Source of the DNA: Yuukianura sp. NJ FZ-2021
Taxonomy: Eukaryota
DNA: 64,000 bases
Reading direction: 5' to 3'
Assembly: GCA_046563655.1 (NCBI GenBank)
Contig: CM102284.1
Coordinates: 4,340,001 to 4,404,000 of the forward strand
Shown here one piece after another: positions 15,101 to 45,188 of this stretch (its first letter is position 1; every line of letters starts with the position of its first letter). The position numbers were made by a program, and so were the translations under genes. The notes under the pieces are model-generated. The model saw only the letters and a list, made by a program, of their open reading frames with translations. It was not told the DNA's origin and ran no database searches.

Positions 15101-15515
15101 AGGACTGGCAGAGATTCGTCTTTAATAAATGTCTCTCCTCTCTCCGAATTCGGAGTGAAGCTCTTTTTGGAATGAAGTCCCTAATGCCCCTCTGCGTTAT
15201 TAATGGACCCCGAATTATGTATTTTTACCCGCCACAGCAAGAGATACAGGCACAAAGTCGAGGACAGCCAATTTGTTATGAGACGCACAATCCCGGGTTT
15301 CGGGGCAACGCTAAAGCCGAAGCTTTTGACGTCAGAGTCATTTTCTGGACGAGAGGAGACGCCCGGCTTTTTCGGAATTAGCGACACTCAACTCCCGGGA
15401 GTAAAAGCTGCTTTAGTTATAAAGTCATCTCAGAAGCATAACCTAACTACTCTGGTTTTTCATTCTGATGACAATGCTTTCGTTAGGCTATCACATAAGT
15501 TCTTTCCGGTGCACC

Positions 15516-15549
15516 TTGAAGAGGTCAACTACATTTGAAGAGGTCAACT
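15516..15549. repeat. Short direct repeat TTGAAGAGGTCAACT x2 (19-bp period)
   Basis: Copies at 15516-15530 and 15535-15549. Confidence 0.75.
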
Positions 15550-18500
15550 TCAGATCATTTTCACTTTCCAAGTTAGCTTGGAAGATATACTACTGGGTGC
15601 AATGGCGCATTTTTTTTCAGGATTTGTTTTTTGCAATATAGCAATTCGCATTTGGAGAGACAATGGGAGTGAATTTTTTTTTTGCAATAAGTCAGAACAA
15701 TAGCTCGCTAATTTGCATCTCCTGGAAGGTGATCTGTTCAGAAGATGCTATGATTTCTTACAGCTCCTTCGTTGCAGACGCAGATCATCTCGTTTTTTAA
15801 CGAGCGTGGATCTCATGTGAATGCTTAAATGCCTAGCAATGAAGACGAAGAACTGTTGCCTCCGCCTCCCATTCTGTTGTTATTAGGGAAAGTGGATGGA
15901 TCCCGCCCCTACTCTGCCTCCACTAACTCAACACCCCTACACTAATCAATTTCCCATGTCCTCGCACTTATGCCCAATTTAATAACCATCATCATCTCAG
16001 TTGGATGAGGAGACGATGGCATGATCTGCCAAATCTTAAAGATGAGCAGAGAGATTGCAGTGGTCACTGTGCCCAGCATGTTTTATGGTCCCATTGAAAC
16101 CTAAACCCAAGTACCCGCCTTCTATCTCCCTCGTATGGTGCCCATGACCTCCCGAACTCTCGGAAGATCAGCTACTCGAAATTACCTATTCATCTCATCA
16201 CCACAAATATTCATGGGGTGTAATTAATTTTGAATTTTTACGGGCAGAGGTCATGGTCAGTAATTTCATGACCTCATACACCGCTTCCTTGTTCCTTACT
16301 GCATAACTCCTTAACATGATGTAAGATGTAAGTAAAACAGTAATCTCCTAGAACGAAGATTTTTCAAAAATTTCTAAAAATAGAATCCTGAGAAATTCAC
16401 ATTTTAAAAATGAAAACGAGGTTGAAATTTGTGCGAGGAAACTTGGTAGGGGGGAATCATCTACATGAAGATCGAACTCGTTAGTTTTAGATGGATTCTT
16501 GGAACTTCAAACGTTGCAACCTCTATGATGTACTGTTTCTGGAAGACAATTGATTGTAAAGTGGCTTCATTTAGAACTAATCCTGCCGATTTTGTCCCAA
16601 AATCGGTGGAGATCCGATTTTTGTTTGTGGAAGGGAAAGTGATACCCAATCTGAAATCAACTACGAATCAAGCCATTTGTTTGGAACGCGGATGTGAAAA
16701 CAATGAAAGATTTGTGTATTCCCAGTGGTTGGGTGATACCGTTTGAAGTCCCCCTTCCAGAATCGTTGCAATTGGTCACTTAAATGTTGTCATCCAGTGG
16801 GGTCCCTTGAGTCTGTTCCAAATGTTAATGAAAACATTAGTTGTTAGGTCGAGTGGAGGGAAGTAGTGAGGAATCGGACTTACTTTCTCCGGGTAGTGCG
16901 TGACAGATGGTCATTTGGCTGGCACAATTCCCGTGTGTCCCCTTCATCACCTACGAACAGTCAAGGGGGCCCTTTGTTCCTTGCGGAGCCTTTGTAGCTC
17001 TTCCAAGTGGCCTTTGAACCTCAAACTGTTACAGAAGAGGGGGACTTAACATCAATTGATGAGGAATATTATGTTATCAAATCATAGTGGCATAAGGATG
17101 GCCCATTTCTCACAAGTCATTTCAAAATGTCAACAGGATTGGACTGAGGGACGCTTCGTCATTCAGCTTTCCCGCCAAATCATCGCCTCACTCCTATGTG
17201 AAAATCCAATTTCCGCCAATGTGCCACCCAAATTTTACAAAAACTATTGCGTATCAAACACAAAATTTTGAAGGTATTACGTCGTAACGGTTTGGTTGAA
17301 CGATTATAAATGTTTAAGGAGAATGGATTTGAAGAATTTGGCGTAAAATTCAGGAGCAGGGAGAAAGTGCCCGAAAGTTACCCAATTTGTAATGGGTCCT
17401 ACCCTTCTAAAACCCTGAGACGCGCTAAATTTTCAAAATTTGGAGGATCTTGTGTTTTGAGTGGCACAGAGAGAGTTGATGATGTTGAGAGCTGAGGGTG
17501 GATTTGGTTGATGTTCAGTGGTTGGTGGACCCACTGATCTTTGGGTGGGTGTGTTTTGAAAGATCTTCTTGAATCTCTCATGAAGCTCATTTGGAAAGAT
17601 CAAAGGCTTCAGCAGAAGATCACTCTCCGCGCGTCATTTAACAGCTTGAGCTCCTTAGGCCTCCAAATAAAAGTTCTCGCTTCTAAAGAACTTTCCGATC
17701 CTACATCTCATGACTTTGTGATGAGCAAGACTCAAGTAGCTCAGAAACACTGGAAAGAGTCAAAGCGCTTTGCCAAAAAAAAAGTCTAAAGTTGAAAATG
17801 AAATGAGAGGAGAAGAGTGCCGGAGGAATTTGGCGGATGAGTTGTGGTTGTCTGTTTTGAAAAGAATGCGGGTGAAATTGTCTGGCGAGAGTGTTGATTA
17901 GTTACTTTTGAATGTTGGCAGTTGAATCAGATCCTCTTGGCTAGCTACTAAATCGGAGGCCACGCCCAGTGAGCTTCATGCCCAATTTTAAGAGGCTATG
18001 AGCCAAGCTTGATCCGGAAAATTTTGAACTCTGATGAGAGTATTTTGAGAAGTAAAAGTGTATGTTGCAGATTTGTTTTTGCACAAAGTTTGTGATCAAG
18101 AGCGTGGCGCCGCCGTAGGGTTCGGGCGTTGGTCGTCTCACCGTCGCGTCGTCGTGTGAATTATAGATGAATGGACTCGGAAGTTCTGGAAGGGAATCAA
18201 TGCTGGTCATTTTCACACTTGACGCTCTGTCGACCTTCCATGTCAACTTTGGCACTGGGGCAAACTCACACGCTCCGTGCACTTTGACACGCTTCCCCAC
18301 TTCGAACCCCACCACTTTCACAGTTTCACAGTCCTCGAGTTACCTTTCACTGTAAACAACTCAAACATAACTAACATAATTTACACCTTTTGATTAAGTT
18401 AAAACTTATTTAACCAAATCTTACCGTAATGCGAAACCAACACTAACATCCCCGACATTGTGTTTCAATACCTAGCAGCTCTAACTTGATTGATTGACGT

Positions 18501-21500
18501 CTCACCTTACCCCACTATTTTGGCATGATTTCGATTTTCAAATTAAAAGTCAGGCTATGTTATGGTGAAAGATGAAGTGGAGAAAAAAGTTGAGCAGTTT
18601 CATAGTATGTTAGGTTTTCCTTGGCTTTGTATCCGCTTGGATTGCAGAAGTTAGGTTAGGTTAGGCTTTGTATGGAAATCTCCTGAGATGCTTGACGTTT
18701 GACAATAAGAAGGAAGAAGGGAGATCACAAAAGGCCTTTGAAATGGGAGAAGGGGTTCCATTTCTAGAGATTGGAACTGCTGGGGACAAGAAGCGTCTCG
18801 AGGGAACAAAGGGAGCCTTTTAATAATAAACATAATAATAACTAGGGAACAAAGCCAAGTTTTAATAAAAATAAAATAGAATTATAATAAATAAAAATAA
18901 AGCCGAAATAATAAGGCCTCTTACCCTCAGTCCGAGTCCAGGGACTCCATGAAAAATGAGTGGAGAGACGGAAAATGTCAATGGGGAAAATACGACCACT
19001 TTCTCCGCTTTCTTTCCACAAGTTACCCACACACGCCCATCCCCACCCAGAGGAAACCCAGCGAAAGTTAGAAAACGCTTCAAAAAGAAAAAGTTTTGGC
19101 TCCAGAACTTCATTTTTCCATTCTTGATTTTCATGATGATGTTTTTTGTGGGGAGAAAGAGAAAGCGAGTAGAGTGGAGTCCTTTGCCAGTGCTTTTAGG
19201 AATATAAAGGACTTTGTTCCTTGTGCAGTGGATGGTGCACATGATCATCAAGGCTCCCCAAAGCACCGAGACCAAGGGAGATGATGAAGGACTCGCGGAG
19301 ATGCCATTTCACGCTTCCACGATCTTCCATATCAACGTAAATGGGCACTCTACCCAAATTAGCAGCGTGGACTTCCATAAGCAGAACAAGGGTTTTGCAA
19401 CACAGCCATCGGCTAGCTAGCAGCAGTAGTGCTGTCGAGATGACTTATGCTGCTGCCCATTTGTGAACTATGGCATTCTATGCAAAAATGCTGACGAAAA
19501 GTTCAACAGTCAGTAGCTCTACACCGATTTTCATTCGCTCAACTTTTTCAATTTCTTCATCAAATCAAAGTCTTAACGTAATTATGCTGACTCAGCTAAC
19601 TTAAAATTAACATACAACTGCGCCTAACATAACCAAAGCCAAGCTTAACTAACTTGAACTGTTAACGTAAGTTAACATTTCCAATTTTTCAACTAGGTCA
19701 AATTTTTTTGTTCTCCCCCGACTTTTCTCACGCACAGAATAAATGCTGCAAGGATTTACAATAGGGTGGCTGTAAATTTAAGATAGTGCAAATTACAAAC
19801 GTGCGAGTGTTGAGCGAATGGTGTTTGCACTTTTTTGTCGTTGAACTTTTAGTGTCTGGTGCCTAACAATGCCTAAGGAGAAAGTTAGTACCTTTTGTTG
19901 TATGACTGAAGACGTTGTCTCGGGAGAGAGTTGTGAGTGAAAGTCATTTACATCCCAGAAAGAATATGTCTCTTCATAAAAGACATTTTTGTTTAGAAAA
20001 AAAGTTAGGATAGGGACAGGGTTCTTTTATGTTTGAAATTAGGCTGTTCTTTGTCTCGTAATCTTCATTTTTATGCTTAGTCGAATCTCTTGATCCCACT
20101 CCTCCCAAGTGGAAGAACAACCTGCAAACTTTCCCTTTCCACCCACCCTTAAGTCCCCCCTCTGATGACTTCCATTAAGAAACCCTTTGTTTCCTAATTG
20201 AGAAACTTCTCTTCAAAGCTCTTCTCTACACTCGTCCCAAGGGAATTCACTTTCTTTCTACTTTTTTCTTCTTCTAGAAAACCCACGCAGAAAGTTTCAT
20301 CGTTTGTTTCAACCGAAAAACAAAGCTTTTTTTCAAATTAGTTTAGTTCTCCAAAAGTTTTTAGAAAACAAAATATTTAAAAATTCTGACTTTACTTGAA
20401 GTTCAAAAGAATGCGGAATGGAATTCATTGTTTGCAGAAGCAAACTTTTTGTTACTTTTGCTTCAAACAGCGCTTGAATCGCTTATACAGTAAAGCATAT
20501 AGCTGAGCTCTTTCTTTTGTCAATGAATGGACAATTGATGATGGGTTTCTCTTCAAAAGTCCATTAAAGGGTCCCTGTGCCCTTAACAAAACGTCATGTT
20601 TGTAACGATATAATCCACTGCGAGAATGAGGGTTCCCCCCTTTGTGTCTGGGGCGGCAGAAGTTAAGGGTCCCCCTTCTCACTCTCTATGGTCTCCATTG
20701 TCACCGAGTAAAGATCTCCAGGTCTACTAAGGGCTTCTACGGAAATTGACTCTTTCCGAGTCCTCGGGAAACCTATTCAACCTAACCTAAAACCGAATCT
20801 TGACTGGCTCGAACAATAATGGACTGTCAAAGTTTATTTACTCTCAGAACTGGTCAGAATCCAGGTGAACTTGGGAGAGCCCTTTAAAGCGCCCTTGCTA
20901 GTACATGAAGTAGCAGATTTTCAGATCTTTAAGGGTTCAGTGCCTCACTGGAACTCAGATTTTCGGTTTTGGAATTCAAGGGCTCTTCTGATTTTCATAA
21001 CCAAAATTTCGCAATTTTGTTCCAGTGATAACTGAAGAGTGCCCGTACTTTTTTTTGACACGTTAAGGTTAGGTTTCAATTTCACATATTGAGGAAAACT
21101 ACCTGTAGGCTGGAAGTTTCAATTTCATCTAGAATTCCCAGGAACTTTGAAATTGAATCCGTCCTGACATATTTTGTATCTTTTTTGTGCCTCTTTTGAA
21201 GCCTGTTTGTGTTTGAAAGTGAATCTGTGTGTGAAATCAGTGCCAGTGAGCAGTGACCTCCTTAAGTTGTTCTGGAAGTGAGTCCACTGCTGAGCAGGCG
21301 TCGGAAACTGTAGTACTGTTAGGTTGAGGTGTAAGCTTTTTTGAAGCTGCGTTCTGCCTCATTTGAAGGCTGCCGAGTGAGCGGGAAGGCGGGGATACGG
21401 GAGGGGTTGTATTTAATACACGGTGGAACAGGATTGGACTTCATTCGGCAACTGAATCCGCATTCCCGCTTTTCTCCGCTCACCAGAACATGGAGGAGAC

Positions 21501-21778
21501 TCCACTTTCTCTCCAGTCTTGAAAAAAAGTTTAACATTTTTGAATTTTGGAAATTACTAAAGAACAGTATCTGGAAAAGTGTGGTTAGTGACAAGTGAAA
21601 ACTAAGAGAGAAAGTTAGTTTAAACAGAAAGTGGATTGAGTTTTGGTGACCTTTAAGAGTGAAAGTGGCGTTGAGGTTTTGACCTTGGCCCCACCAAGAA
21701 GTAAAAGTGGATCAGAGAGCCCTTTATTTTTTACGCTACGGCGGTGGTGGTGGGTGTTCCACCACGGCGGCTTCAACA

Positions 21779-36380
<14,602 letters not shown>

Positions 36381-37275
36381 ATTAATTGCAATTAAGTTAA
36401 CAAAGTTAAGGTTAAACCAGGAGTTACGGAAGCCTGCTGAAGCAAAAATCGAACAGAAGCCAAATTTTAAACTACAATTGAAAGTTACCAACCAGCAGGA
36501 AGCAGGACGCCCACATACGAGCATCGAAACCAAAGTTTTTAAAATCTTGAGTCAAAACAACAAAACTGTTCTCAAAAACGTAATTTTAATTTTTAAACAG
36601 TTTCATTTTGTTTTAGTTTAATTTTAGATTTATTTTAACTAAGTTTGTAGCAATTATAATTAATTTTAAGTTTAGAACAAATGTTAATCAACGATCAGTT
36701 GCTACCCAAATAAGGTCAGAGAAGTTCAATTTTGTGATTGTCCGCTACATAACCGCTAATGGTCAAAATGGTCAACAGACAAAACAGGCAACACTAATTT
36801 TAATTTTTACAAAAGTGTACGGAAAAGTTGTACAATTAAGTTTAGGTTTTTTAGGTGTTGGGAATGACAATCTTTCTATTTTAAATTTGACGCAGCAGTT
36901 AACTTCCTGCTTATAATTTATAGTAGCCGAAATTTTGTAATTTTAGTTTAAAAACCGTGTTGAGGAAGTTCGTGTGTAAGGAAAAAGTTGTTGAACTGAT
37001 TCTGTAACAGTAACGCCAACGAAACCAAATCTCTCTAAATGATCTTTTGAACAATGACAGCTAAAGTTTTTAGGTTTTACGTTTTTTTTTTTGGAAAATG
37101 TAAATCTTTGTTTTTGAAAATCTCAACTGAACAAACGAATGCACCAAACTCTGAAAATGCAATTTTTTGACTTTGTTTCTCACGTAAGGATTTTTTTTAA
37201 TTTTTAATTTCTCTTTAAGTCGTGTCCTCCTCCACAGGAAAAACAAATTTTACATCAATTGTCAATGGATAAATG

Positions 37276-37281
37276 AATAAA
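37276..37281 (+). terminator. Candidate polyadenylation signal of Pax2/5/8
   Basis: AATAAA about 900 nt after the stop, at the end of an AT-rich 3' UTR-like tract. Confidence 0.4.
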
Positions 37282-37372
37282 AACGGAAATATTCTCTCAT
37301 GAACATTTCAAATTGTACATAAGCTAATGCAATACAAACTTAATAATGCAGTTAACTTTAATTGTATAACAG

Positions 37373-38953
37373 TTAATTAGTCAACCTACATTTACAGTCA
37401 GATTGGGAGCAAGAACAGAGTGAGAGGGTTGAGTCGAAGATACCCGCATTTCTCAGAACGATTTCCTGTAGGAGTTTGTATGAGCTACAATGACGACAAA
37501 CCGAATTTAATTCCCCAGTTTTCGGATAATAATCAACGTGACCAACTTGACCTCTTGACCCCCAAGTTCTTAGCTTATTTTCACTTCTACTAGAGAGATT
37601 CCACGATGCCTGAAACATTTCATCAAAAGCTTTCAAAACTGTTTTTAGTACTCGTTAGGTTTTTAGTACTCGTTAGGTAAGAGTGAGATTCCCTAAACTT
37701 AGCATAAGAGTTTGAATTTGATCCTTAATTTTTTTTAAATGCTGATTTGTTCTAAATTTATATTAGATTCGTCTCTCTCTATACTGCAATTAACTACTCT
37801 TATTTTTGCTATTTTTTAAAAAAAAAGTTTAGAATTTGTCTTACGCCGCAGGCGTTCTCTTCGTCGTCATCAGTATGAATTGCGTCAACAAATTGAGCAT
37901 CAGTAATGTCAAGTCTATCTGCGTCGTCGCAATGCTTGACATTTGCAGGATCAAGCCCTGTGATACGTCCTAGTTTTACAGCCCGAGATCGCTGCAGCGT
38001 CTCTCCGACGATTCCACCGATATGGGCCCCTGTTCCAATAGAAATGTTTCAACTGAAATAATTAGTTTTTGAATATGACATTCGAACTGGAGAATATTTC
38101 ACCCAAATTATGTCCAATGAAATGGATTTTATTGAAATCCAGAGCAGAGAAACGATAGACATATCCCAGCATTTCTACAGTCCGTTCACCGACAATGCGC
38201 ATGTTCCTTACAGCAGTTTGAACCATACTACTGTTTGCTAGTGCCTCCCAACCAACAACAACGACGTTAACGTTTACGGAGTTTCCGAGTAGGCTTACTG
38301 CAGAGGATTTTAAAAGAATTGTTAAAATTTTTGTTTTTCAAAAGTTTCGTAGGAAAAAAACAGAATTTTTAATTTCTAAATTACAAAGTGGCTTACTCGT
38401 TTTTAGTTCAGCTGGAAATGGTTTTTCGTGCGAACTTTTGTAGCCGTGACAAAAAATGAGGGTGGTGGCATTCTCGTGAAAAAACGGCAGCCATGCTGGA
38501 TTGTCATCGTCAATTCGGATTTCGTGTTTTTCTTCGCCTAAGTTTTGGCTGGGGATTCAAAAAACATAAGGAATTATTTTTGGAAAAATGTGTTTTTTTT
38601 ATGGAAATGGTCAGATTTTTGTTTAACTTTACCGGTTTGTGTATAAGAAAAATTTGACTGTATGATCGTCTTGATCACTGCGTCCGATTTCTGAATCTGG
38701 GGGATCCGACAGATCAACCTCCGAAAATGTTCCGTCCTCATCCGGGGAGGGGTAGAGAGCCAAGTTAGAGTCGGAGCCACTTTTTCTAAACATTTTAAAA
38801 ACAGATTTCACAAATTGCCAAGTTTTGAAAATAAAACTGTAGAATTTACCCAAGATGTTGCGTCGTGGGAGAACAATTGATGAGTTCAGTAAAAATTAAT
38901 ACAACAATTCCAAGAACGCGATAATTTTGAACAGTTTGTTTGAAGCGAAACAT
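37373..38953 (-). CDS. Secreted pancreatic-lipase/phospholipase A1-family protein, probably catalytically inactive (about 341 aa)
   Basis: Minus-strand exons 38953-38850, 38785-38633, 38548-38397, 38297-38103, 38029-37845, 37609-37373 sum to 1026 nt in frame. Features: signal-peptide-like N-terminus, [67 protein letters not shown]. Confidence 0.9.
37641..37676. repeat. 18-bp tandem duplication (GTTTTTAGTACTCGTTAG x2) in lipase intron
   Basis: Two exact adjacent copies. Confidence 0.85.
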
Positions 38954-40425
38954 TTAAGCAGAAATTGAATAATTCTGAAGATTTTTAGAACAAGTTGTCT
39001 GTACTTTCCCACTGCCATAAGCGAACTTATTGCAAACAATCCAATCGCTTGGCTTCTGTTTGAACAACACACTTTTCGAAATTTTAAACAAAACTCTTTT
39101 GTTCGCCTTCTTCGAAAAATTTCTAAATTCTGAATCAACTATGGGAAGTTCCGTTGGACTTAAAAATAGCTCTTGCCCTTTAGCCTTTCGTGGGGTCAAG
39201 CCTAGGTCGAGGCTTTCAAAAATAAATTGTACGTTTTTAACAATAATAAATATGGAATGCATTTGTGAAAAAATGGATTTTTGAAAAAAAAAATATAAAA
39301 ACGGCAATTGCTTAACTACCATTGATTTGTTTTTCAATTTCTTTTTAACTCAATTCTTCACATATCCGGTCAGTTGTAGAGGATTCATAACTATTGTTAG
39401 CACAATGATCGCAGAAGTTTGTGAGAATTTCAAACTTACAAAGACAAACAATAATTAGCTTCAGTAGTGCTTAATTTAAATTTAGGAATTAAAAAATTAA
39501 ATTAGTACTAGTATTTAGAACAAACACGGAATATTTGCAAAACATGTTTTTGTAAATCTTAAGTTTCAAAGTTGTTCACGCTAAAATTGTGTAAATCGCA
39601 GACTGGTTTGCTGACTCTTGCTTTTTCTGAATTGCGAATTTGCAATTGGATTTGACTCATCAAAATTTCTAGATAAACACATCCCTCACTTCATCATTCA
39701 TCAATTATTATTGATCTGTTTACGAATTCATTGGTTCGTCATAGTTTGACACTCAAGAACAAATTAGGGCAATTTGAGCAAAAGAACTTTGTTTTTCTCA
39801 CCGTTGACGTCGTCGGCTAAAGGCTGGAGATTTCTACACTTTCTAACTTTGTGTGCATTATATTTCCGAATTGGAAAAAACTCACAAATTCTAAACAAAC
39901 TAACGGTAATGGTATTCCTCGAGCTGCTGGGTTTCGGCCTAACTTCAGTTTGAATTTGAACAACTCACCTCATTTAGGTGTCTGTGCATCATACCTTACT
40001 TACATAAGTTGGTTTGGAAGTTTGCAAAAATTTGAAAAACCGGACTTACGTAATTTGGCTATGTCAATGGCATTGGCATTGCTAAAACTCATAAAATTAC
40101 ATCATGATTTGTCTTATTCACTCCAAGGAGTTCTAGGAAATCAAATTCCTCATGTTTATGGTCCAGGAAGACTTAAGCTTTGAGGTTCTACGACGTTTTC
40201 CACGAGGAAGGAATTTGAGTTTACCTTTGACCTCTGACTGTGTCTCGTGCACTTTTTGGTTCTTTCTGGACAAACCGACAACATTCACATCACCATCACA
40301 TGATTTCAACCCAGGGTTGAATAGACCAGCTCTGTTCGTATTATCCTTGGTCCAAAACATACAAATATACACAATACTAAAAGTACAAACCCCTTCAACC
40401 CCCTTATTTTTGCCTCCTTCAAAGT

Positions 40426-40432
40426 TTATAAA
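40426..40432 (+). promoter_or_regulatory. TATA box of cathepsin L
   Basis: TATAAAA upstream of a putative non-coding first exon ending at donor GTAAGT 40592. The acceptor ends at 40805, just before the ATG. Confidence 0.55.
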
Positions 40433-40815
40433 AGAAACTGCCCTCACAGATTCCACTTAACTCTCCACACACTTACCCACTTGAAGCTCAATTGAACACA
40501 ACTACAAGTTCCTGATCATCCTTCCAGAATCACATCTTCTACCGTTGACTACGAAGCATAAAAATTCAACTTGACCTCTTGGCACAACCAAGTAAGTCGG
40601 GCTAAAATCATACTTCGTTTTTAACTAAGGTGGAATTGGTTGCTATAGTTTGCTGTTCATCAATGATTGCACCTTGCACTCAAAAGTTTCTAATTATTTT
40701 CTGCTTTCTGTTCACTTCAACTTCTCATAAAAATTTAAAACTGAAGTTTCAGCTATCAAGTTGAGGATTCTAATTTTCAAAATTTTGTACATTTTTGATT
40801 TTTAGTCAAACCAAC

Positions 40816-43123
<2,308 letters not shown>

Positions 43124-43177
43124 CACCAAATTTACCTAAACACAAAATCACCAAAATTCAAAATTACTTATTCGTTA

Positions 43178-45023
43178 TTAAGAAGGAATCACACATGGCA
43201 ACGGTGGGTCTCGTTTCGCCTTAAATTAATTAACTTTGACGCCTAATTAGAAGTCACAGGTATAACGTAGAAATGTCTACAAGGGCTCTAAAAATTCGTC
43301 ATTATCTGTAGAATGCAGAGCCTTGAACCAAACTTGAATTTTTGTTGTGAAGTGATACTAAAAATTGAATACAAGGTTCAATTTTTTCTACGCGTCGAAT
43401 GATACCAAAATTCGGGAATTTGGTCAAGGCGGCTTAAGGGCCATGGTCTTCCGGATTTTTAGACACCTCAAACACATTTCTAGGTGTTATAATGAACATC
43501 TAATTAGCAAAAGTAGATGAAATTCTGAGGTAATTTACAAATTTGCAAATGTCGGCAATGAAATTAGCCGTTTCCATGGGAACATGTTGATTGTTTTGTT
43601 CCAGCTTATTTGATGTGTTGTACCCGGAAAAACTTTGATTCGTCAACCATTCAAAACAGTGCCGACTTTTGCACGTTTGAGCAGTGATTTTGCTTGGTTA
43701 CTAACGGCAATGACTGACACCAAATCGTAAACAAACGCTGCCTCTTACCCGTCCTTAATGAGGCGATTTACAGATTCGCTTATACGCAATTTCCCATAAG
43801 ACTTTTGGTGCATTTATTTCCTGATTGGTTAGGCGCTCAAAAAACTACGACCACACTTTTCGCATTAGCATACGCTGCTCCACATCCCGAGAATCGGCTT
43901 CCGGACGAAAACAGGACCCTTCGTCCACAAAACATAGGTTTTCTGGATGACGTTCCAGAAATCCACGGATTTTTGCTTTCTTTTCCTACGCATGGCAAAA
44001 CGGTTGAAGATTCGTCAAAAAGCTGATTCTCGGGATGTGGAGCAGCGTATGCTAATGCGAAAAGTGTGGTCGTAGTTTTTTGAGCGCCTAACCAATCAGG
44101 AAATAAATGCACCTTAAGATTGGGTCAGAGTTCACGAATTTTGTGTTTACAATTTACAATTTCGTATTACGTCACTAAGAGATGGGGCAACCTGAGAATT
44201 GAGGCTAAGAAATGGCTCACCCACTTCGCCATACCTATTCAGAAAAACCGCGAATGGTTCTCAAATTTGAAATTTTACGCAGTGATTCGCGAGTTAGCAT
44301 GAGTTGTACAAAATTTCAATCGTCAAGAATCCACCCGGCAGGGTTTTGCATGATAACGTAATGTGGGATTTCTCAATTCTCAGTCGTTGCTATGTCTACA
44401 AAGCGTTTTTTAGCGTTATTTTTATTGACCTGATGTCTCACCTTAAGGACGGGTAAGAGGCAGCGTTTGTTTACGATTTGGTGTCAGCCATTGCCGTTAG
44501 TAACAGAGCAAAATCACTGCTCAAACTTGCAAAAGTCGGCACTGTTTCCAATGATTGACAAACCAAAGTATTTCGCAGGATAGGAATTCAAACAACCTGG
44601 GACTCAACAATCAACTTGTATCCATGGAGACGGCTGATTTCAGTGCCGACATTTGCGAATTGCTAAATAATGTCAGAATTACATCTATTTTCTCTTATAA
44701 GTGTCTTACTATAATACCTAAAAATGCGTTTGAGGTGTCTAAAAATCCGGAAGACCATGGCGGACAATGATCAGGGACCAATTTCCCAAATTTTGGTGTC
44801 ATACAATACTTAGACAAAATTGGACTTTGTATCGTATTTTTTGCATTGTTTAGCAGCAAAATATCAAATTCTGACCCCTGATAATTCTTCCCCATGTATC
44901 AACGAATTTTTAGAGGTATTGTACAAATTTCTACGTCATTCCTGTGAGGACTTATAAGGCCTGAAAGTTAATTAATTTGAGGCAAAACGAGACCCACCGT
45001 TGCCATGTCTTATTCCTTCTTAA
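43178..45023. mobile_element. Array of TTAA-delimited non-autonomous DNA-transposon-like modules forming a large nested inverted repeat
   Basis: Arms 43182-43754 and 44447-45019 (573 bp each) are reverse-complementary homologs. TTAA occurs at 43178-81, 43755-58, 44114-17, 44443-46 and 45020-23. No transposase ORF is present. Confidence 0.85.
43807..44113. mobile_element. MITE-like element (307 bp) with 94-bp terminal inverted repeats
   Basis: 43807-43900 and 44020-44113 are reverse complements with one mismatch. Termini are GG...CC with TTAA on the right flank. This explains the mirror-image ORFs 43805+ and 44112-. Confidence 0.85.
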
Positions 45024-45188
45024 GTCCAAATTGCGATGTCTGTGATTCACTCCTTAGACTATCGCTATCAGCTCTCAAAATTTGTTAACTAGTTACAATT
45101 ATTAATCAAACTACTTAATTTACTGTGTTCTTAAGATTTATTTACGCTCTCTTCAATTTCAACTTTTTACTCTGCCTTTAGTACTTTA

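Noticed and set aside
15203-15538. 111-aa ORF in a GC-richer patch
   Set aside because: No homology recognised and no splice support. More likely regulatory DNA.
17941-19420. Overlapping 60-137 aa ORFs
   Set aside because: Low-information translations on both strands, mostly with non-ATG starts and no domain.
43805-44112. Two opposite-strand ORFs sharing HLFPDWLGAQKTTTTLFALAYAAPHPEN
   Set aside because: Artefact of the 94-bp terminal inverted repeats, not a duplicated gene.
43178-45023. piggyBac assignment for the TTAA-flanked array
   Set aside because: Termini are purine-purine...pyrimidine-pyrimidine, the opposite of piggyBac CC...GG, and there is no transposase.
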